From positions 1 to 29,717 of IMG/VR virus record IMGVR_UViG_3300048848_000285: a DNA stretch of 29,717 nt. One strand, 5' to 3'. The notes under the pieces were generated by a model. That model was not told the DNA's origin and did not search any database. It worked only from the letters and a program-made list of their open reading frames with translations. The position numbers and the translations under genes were made by a program. Below, piece by piece: positions 25,861 through 29,717 of the stretch. The number at the start of each line of letters is the position of its first letter. Within the stretch, counting starts at the first letter, position 1. Origin of the DNA: a virus (taxonomy: Duplodnaviria > Caudoviricetes).

Positions 25861-26135
25861 AGAACGCTTCCGTCATCAGACCGATTAAACCGGGTTCCGA
25901 CGGGCACAAGCGCCGCGCGATACCCTGCACCAATCGGCACCTGAAGGGAAACGCCCTCCTGGATTATTATGCCGCCGTGCAGGTCGAGCAACTCTTGCGC
26001 GTTCTCCAGCGCTAGCGCGTCAGAGATCAGCGTTACTAAATCCTCTGCCTCCACACGACCATAGAGCCGCTCCGCACGGTCGAGGTCGGTGCACGCGTCG
26101 TGAACCCGCTGATCTTCGAACGACAGCGTGATCAA
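25809..26135 (-). CDS. HigB/RelE-like small protein
   Basis: LSFEDQRVHDAC...AERLYG...; directly upstream of and overlapping the HigA-ImmA gene. Confidence 0.6.
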   Translation of the reverse strand: MITLSFEDQRVHDACTDLDRAERLYGRVEAEDLVTLISDALALENAQELLDLHGGIIIQEGVSLQVPIGAGYRAALVPVGTRFNRSDDGSVLWETVTRLKLVEVARLP

Positions 26136-26193
26136 GGGAAGGCCGCTCCCTCATGCTTCGAGCTCCCGTAGGGTGCAACGGACCTCGGCGCGA

Positions 26194-26565
26194 TCATTCC
26201 GGTAGCGGTGATCCGTGGGGCTTTGCCCGCTGCTTGGCCCGGATCACATCAATCCGCTCCCAGTTACGTTCCAGTTCGCGGTCGCCCGCTTTGTCCATGT
26301 TGATGTCTGACGCGCTGCACAGGCTGGCGAGCGTCACCATCACGCCGCCCACCTCCTGTTCGGGGAGGCCCTGCGGCCGACCAAATACGTACTCGACTAG
26401 AGCGTGGGCGTCGTCGCGGGAACAGCCGTTGGCCTGAGCCAACTCAAGCGCCTCCTCAAGGAACCGGTGCGTGCGCTCACCACGATCGGCCCTAACATCT
26501 GCAGGGAAGCAGGCCTCCAGCCAATGTTCTACCCGCCGCTGATAGGAGGTCACCTCCGATGACAT
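26194..26565 (-). CDS. MazG-like all-alpha NTP pyrophosphatase-family protein
   Basis: RFLEEALELAQA...EQEVGGVMVTL (EExxE ... ExG pattern). Confidence 0.6.
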   Translation of the reverse strand: MSSEVTSYQRRVEHWLEACFPADVRADRGERTHRFLEEALELAQANGCSRDDAHALVEYVFGRPQGLPEQEVGGVMVTLASLCSASDINMDKAGDRELERNWERIDVIRAKQRAKPHGSPLPE

Positions 26566-26896
26566 CCCGCGTGCCCCCTCACCTAATGCGGTCGCCGCGC
26601 CGCTAAACCGTGATACCGTGGACGACGGGCGTGTGGAAGGGGCTGTCCGCAGTCGCCCGGCGGTTCGGGTGAGCCTGCCGAGCTTCCACCCGCGGCATGT
26701 CGGGCCGTTTTACCCGCGCCTCCTACTTAATGGCTGTTCCTGCCGCTTGATTGCCGCGTAGGCCGGCGGGCAGTAATTTGCCAAATCTACGGTGTCTCGG
26801 CTTTTGATCTAAAGGCGGTCGCCGATGTGGTAACAGTGCGGCACTTCACGGGCATCAACCGCAGGAATGTCATAGTAGATAGTTGCCTATTTGCAT

Positions 26897-27883
26897 TCAG
26901 AGTATTGCTCCTGCCGCATTGTCGGCGAACAAGTTCCCGTCGCGAACGTAGCGCTCTAACATTGCTTCGCTCTTGTGGCCCGTTTGTGCCCTGATCTTGA
27001 ACGTGGAGGCCCCGGCCGTGGCCGCACTTGTGGCGAAGCCAGCCCGTAGCGAATGACCGGAGAAGTTTGCCGGATCGAAGCCTACCGCCTCAACGCGTCG
27101 TTTGATGATCGTCGCTACCCCCTCTCCCGATAGGCGGCCGGGCGCGATATGGCCATGCCGGTCTACGCCGCGAAACAATGGTCCTTGCTCGATCCCGGCA
27201 AGGGTGAGCCAGTCGCTCAGGTGGCGCGTGGGGCACCATCGGGTCCGCCCATGCGGGATCGCGATCTTGCGGCCCTGCCCATTTTGATCAGTCTTCGACC
27301 GCCGCAGATGCAGCACGATGCCGCGGCTCACGTGCTCTACATCGCCGAAATCGAGCCCGACGAGTTCGGATCGACGGAACGCCCCCGCGAAGCCGATCAA
27401 GAGCAATGCTTTGTCCCGCACCTCGATGGGCCGGTCGCCCATTCGTTCCAGCACTGTGAACAAATCCTCCCGCTGCAGCGCCTGCACCTCGCGTTGAGCG
27501 ATGCCCTTGGTGCGCCGTATCCCTTGCATAATCGCCTTGATTATTTCGGATCGGCAGGGATCATCGAAGCCTGATGCCCGGTGCGCCTTCGCTATAGCTG
27601 CCACCCGGCGCTTGATCGTCGCGACTGCATGGGTCTCTGCTAGACCGGCCAAATATTCCGCCACGCTCTGCGGCTGAGAGGGGATTTGTCTCCCTGATGC
27701 CCGGAAGTGGGCGAGATCAGCCGCGTAAGCGCGTTGGGTGCCGGCCGACAGGGAAGAGGAGAGGAAGCGGCGGACCGGTTCTGAAATTGCCTGTGAAGGC
27801 GAAGATGCCGTTATGTCTGCTGCGACGATGCCGGAAATGTTTGTGCAATTAATTGCAGACTCGGCTGAAGGCTTTTCGAGCAA
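26897..27883 (-). CDS. Cre-like tyrosine recombinase
   Basis: N-terminal TQRAYAADL SAM-like domain, RDKALLLIGFAGAFRRSEL, SKTDQ, HSLRAG, QTGH, RY. Confidence 0.92.
   Translation of the reverse strand: MLEKPSAESAINCTNISGIVAADITASSPSQAISEPVRRFLSSSLSAGTQRAYAADLAHFRASGRQIPSQPQSVAEYLAGLAETHAVATIKRRVAAIAKAHRASGFDDPCRSEIIKAIMQGIRRTKGIAQREVQALQREDLFTVLERMGDRPIEVRDKALLLIGFAGAFRRSELVGLDFGDVEHVSRGIVLHLRRSKTDQNGQGRKIAIPHGRTRWCPTRHLSDWLTLAGIEQGPLFRGVDRHGHIAPGRLSGEGVATIIKRRVEAVGFDPANFSGHSLRAGFATSAATAGASTFKIRAQTGHKSEAMLERYVRDGNLFADNAAGAIL
27842..27857. repeat. Palindrome copy 3, (TG)TGCAATTAATTGCA
   Basis: Within the 5' end of the tyrosine recombinase ORF (encodes AINC). Confidence 0.9.
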
Positions 27884-27987
27884 TTTTTGCGTTTCTCCAT
27901 TTGGCGTCCGCCGCGGATTTCCGTGGCTCCAGCCCTAAGTCGCTGTAACGAAAATCGGGGGTCACAACCTGCGAAGGCAGGACCCCG

Positions 27988-28533
27988 TCAGCCCAGCTTC
28001 AGCTCCTGCCGGACGTAGGCTTCAGCCAAACGCTCGTTGTGATCTGCGATGAGATCGGGCGTCAGCTTGTGCAGCGTCATCAAGCGCGCTTCAGCCTCTT
28101 CATGGCTTTCCAGCGTGCCGTCGTGCCGAATGTGCGCGACCCGGACATCCGGCAGGTCGTGGAGGTGACGGGCGATCAGCGAGAAGCGATGACATTGCAG
28201 CGGATCACGCTCCGCACATAAGAGGGCGGGTCTGCATTGGGCGGCTATCGCTAGTATGTCGTCGATCGCCATGGTGAAGGCTTCGGTCCCACGCCTCGCT
28301 GCATAGTCGGTGGGGCCGCTTACCGGCATTCCGCCCAGAGCATCGCCCATATGGATGTAGCTAACGCCGATCCGGTTCAGGCTGACCCGCAGTTGCGGCT
28401 TGTTGAAATGCTGCCAGCGTGACCGGGGCAATGATCGCACGTCGATAACGCAGCCGATGCCGAACTGATCGAGGGCGTATGCGAACTCGTCCCAGCCGCT
28501 ATTTGAGTGCCCCACGCTCATCACATCAATCAT
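27988..28533 (-). CDS. DUF488 family protein
   Basis: SVGHSN, IDVRSLPRSR, LGG, ALLCAERDPLQCHR, HI. Confidence 0.88.
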   Translation of the reverse strand: MIDVMSVGHSNSGWDEFAYALDQFGIGCVIDVRSLPRSRWQHFNKPQLRVSLNRIGVSYIHMGDALGGMPVSGPTDYAARRGTEAFTMAIDDILAIAAQCRPALLCAERDPLQCHRFSLIARHLHDLPDVRVAHIRHDGTLESHEEAEARLMTLHKLTPDLIADHNERLAEAYVRQELKLG

Positions 28534-28691
28534 CTTGATCCTTTCAGAATAAAGATGATCCTATGGTCTAAATACCAATTAGACAGCATTTTCGACTATT
28601 TAAATACTTTGCGGTGCCCCGGTCTCACACGGCACCTCCTATTGCCGACGATCCTGCTGAACGGATAGATTGCACACATGATGGTGCGCGA

Positions 28692-29717
28692 TCAGAGCTG
28701 CACCTTCGCCTCCTTCCGCCGCGTGATCTTGGCGCGCTCGCGCTTGACATATTCGGGGTCGATCAACGCGATTGCCCGCTGGTGGTAGGGATCGGCACGT
28801 TCAAAGATGATGTGTGGGCGGTACTCTGGCCACACCCGCTTGAAAAAGGTCATCCACTGCTCCTCCGTCACATGCAATGCTTCGGGTTCGCCTTCGTTGA
28901 TGACGTAGTGCGGGGCCGGAAGGGCTTCCTCACCATCTCGCTCCCGGCAGAGGGCAATATATTCGGCCATCCGCTCGAACTCGATGTCTCGGGCAGACCG
29001 CGAACGGAGTGGAACGATCGGGGTCGGTTTTGCCCTGGGTTCGATTGCGCGGAGCGACGGGGGTGGGGGAAGCTGCTTGTCGCTGGCTGGGGGAGGCGAC
29101 GAACGAGTGCCTGCAATGACCTGGGCTTCGGACCAGCCCCGTGCCAGCCGGTGACGGACGGCGGACGCGGACACACCCTGCAATTTGGCGATGCGGGAGG
29201 CCGTGTAGACCTCGTCGGTCCGCTGATCGTAGATCGTCAGGGTGTCGCCCTTGTTATTGTTCTGCGTCTGTTTGTCGGCCCAGCGCACCTTGCCGGGGGC
29301 ATATTCGCGATCAGTGTTGTCGATCCTGTCGAGGGTGGCACCCGACACGGGCATGGGGCCGACGAGCCGGAGGAAGTCGCGAAACTCCCGGAGGTCGGGA
29401 TGCACGATGTCGCCACGCTGCTTGCTCCGGGCCAACATGTTCCGGTGAGAGTTGGCCTCCGCTGCATATTTCCGTCGAAGCTGCATCTTCGTCAGATGCC
29501 GGAGGTCATGCACGAACCCAACATCCTGCATTTTCTCGACGGGGGGACAAGTGTGATTGGATTTGCTTATGAGCGTGACACTGCCCGTCGGTGCGGGGGC
29601 CAACACAGGCGCGTTTGCTGGGGTTTTGACGATTTTCTCGTCGTCGTCAGATGTCGCGCCATGGGAGAAAATTTCTCCAGCGGTGGACATCAGGTGTGCG
29701 GCGATATTCGACTTCAT
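28692..29717 (-). CDS. HNH-like (homing-endonuclease-related) protein with HTH and C-terminal extension; start uncertain
   Basis: SHRNMLAR, FRDFL..VGPMP, TLDRIDNTDREYAPGKVRWADKQTQNNNK, AVRHRLARGWS. Confidence 0.65.
   Translation of the reverse strand: MKSNIAAHLMSTAGEIFSHGATSDDDEKIVKTPANAPVLAPAPTGSVTLISKSNHTCPPVEKMQDVGFVHDLRHLTKMQLRRKYAAEANSHRNMLARSKQRGDIVHPDLREFRDFLRLVGPMPVSGATLDRIDNTDREYAPGKVRWADKQTQNNNKGDTLTIYDQRTDEVYTASRIAKLQGVSASAVRHRLARGWSEAQVIAGTRSSPPPASDKQLPPPPSLRAIEPRAKPTPIVPLRSRSARDIEFERMAEYIALCRERDGEEALPAPHYVINEGEPEALHVTEEQWMTFFKRVWPEYRPHIIFERADPYHQRAIALIDPEYVKRERAKITRRKEAKVQL

Larger units (their letters stand above)
16000..29717. mobile_element. Serine-recombinase genomic (defence) island; continues beyond the window
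   Basis: Large serine recombinase abutting the tRNA att, followed by R-M, TA-like and nucleotide-modification genes and a second recombinase. Confidence 0.75.

Noticed and set aside
18250-27857. CRISPR array or classical integron attC sites
   Set aside because: Repeats are kilobases apart, only 14-18 bp long, and lack spacer periodicity or attC structure
61-29572. Many long antisense or alternative-frame ORFs (e.g. 86..976, 9417..10604, 10340..11533, 13846..14751, 15053..15937)
   Set aside because: Shadows of well-supported genes, expected in high-GC DNA

Overview
GC-rich window, probably from a sphingomonad alphaproteobacterium (inferred from the gene families present). It holds two tandem integrative elements that meet at the 3' half of a tRNA-Met(CAT) used as an att site (16000-16047). 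(1) 1-16047 is a heavily deleted P2-like prophage. It keeps the tyrosine integrase, early operon (xis-like, GapR-like, Ogr/Delta, CII-like, Cro), CI, portal, a P2-type cos-like site and an HTH replication initiator. Nearly all head, tail and lysis genes are gone, leaving a four-fragment scar (gpD / tape measure / endolysin / terminase). Its cargo is a Lamassu/ABC-three-component operon, an MtlR/HEPN-like gene and a beta-helix protein. (2) 16026 to the right edge is a large-serine-recombinase island. It carries a divergent pair of Arc-like regulators, a type III R-M system, a thymidylate-synthase-like + aGPT-pyrophosphorylase-like pair, a HigBA-like/ImmA module, a MazG-like gene, a Cre-like tyrosine recombinase, DUF488 and an HNH-like gene. 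Top candidate for novelty: the Lamassu LmuA has no recognisable enzymatic effector but shares a 17-residue G/Q/D-rich motif with a small upstream membrane protein, which suggests amyloid-like signalling. Next are the putative cytosine-modification module and a 14-bp palindrome repeated three times at module boundaries. All family calls are from motif recognition by eye; no searches were run.
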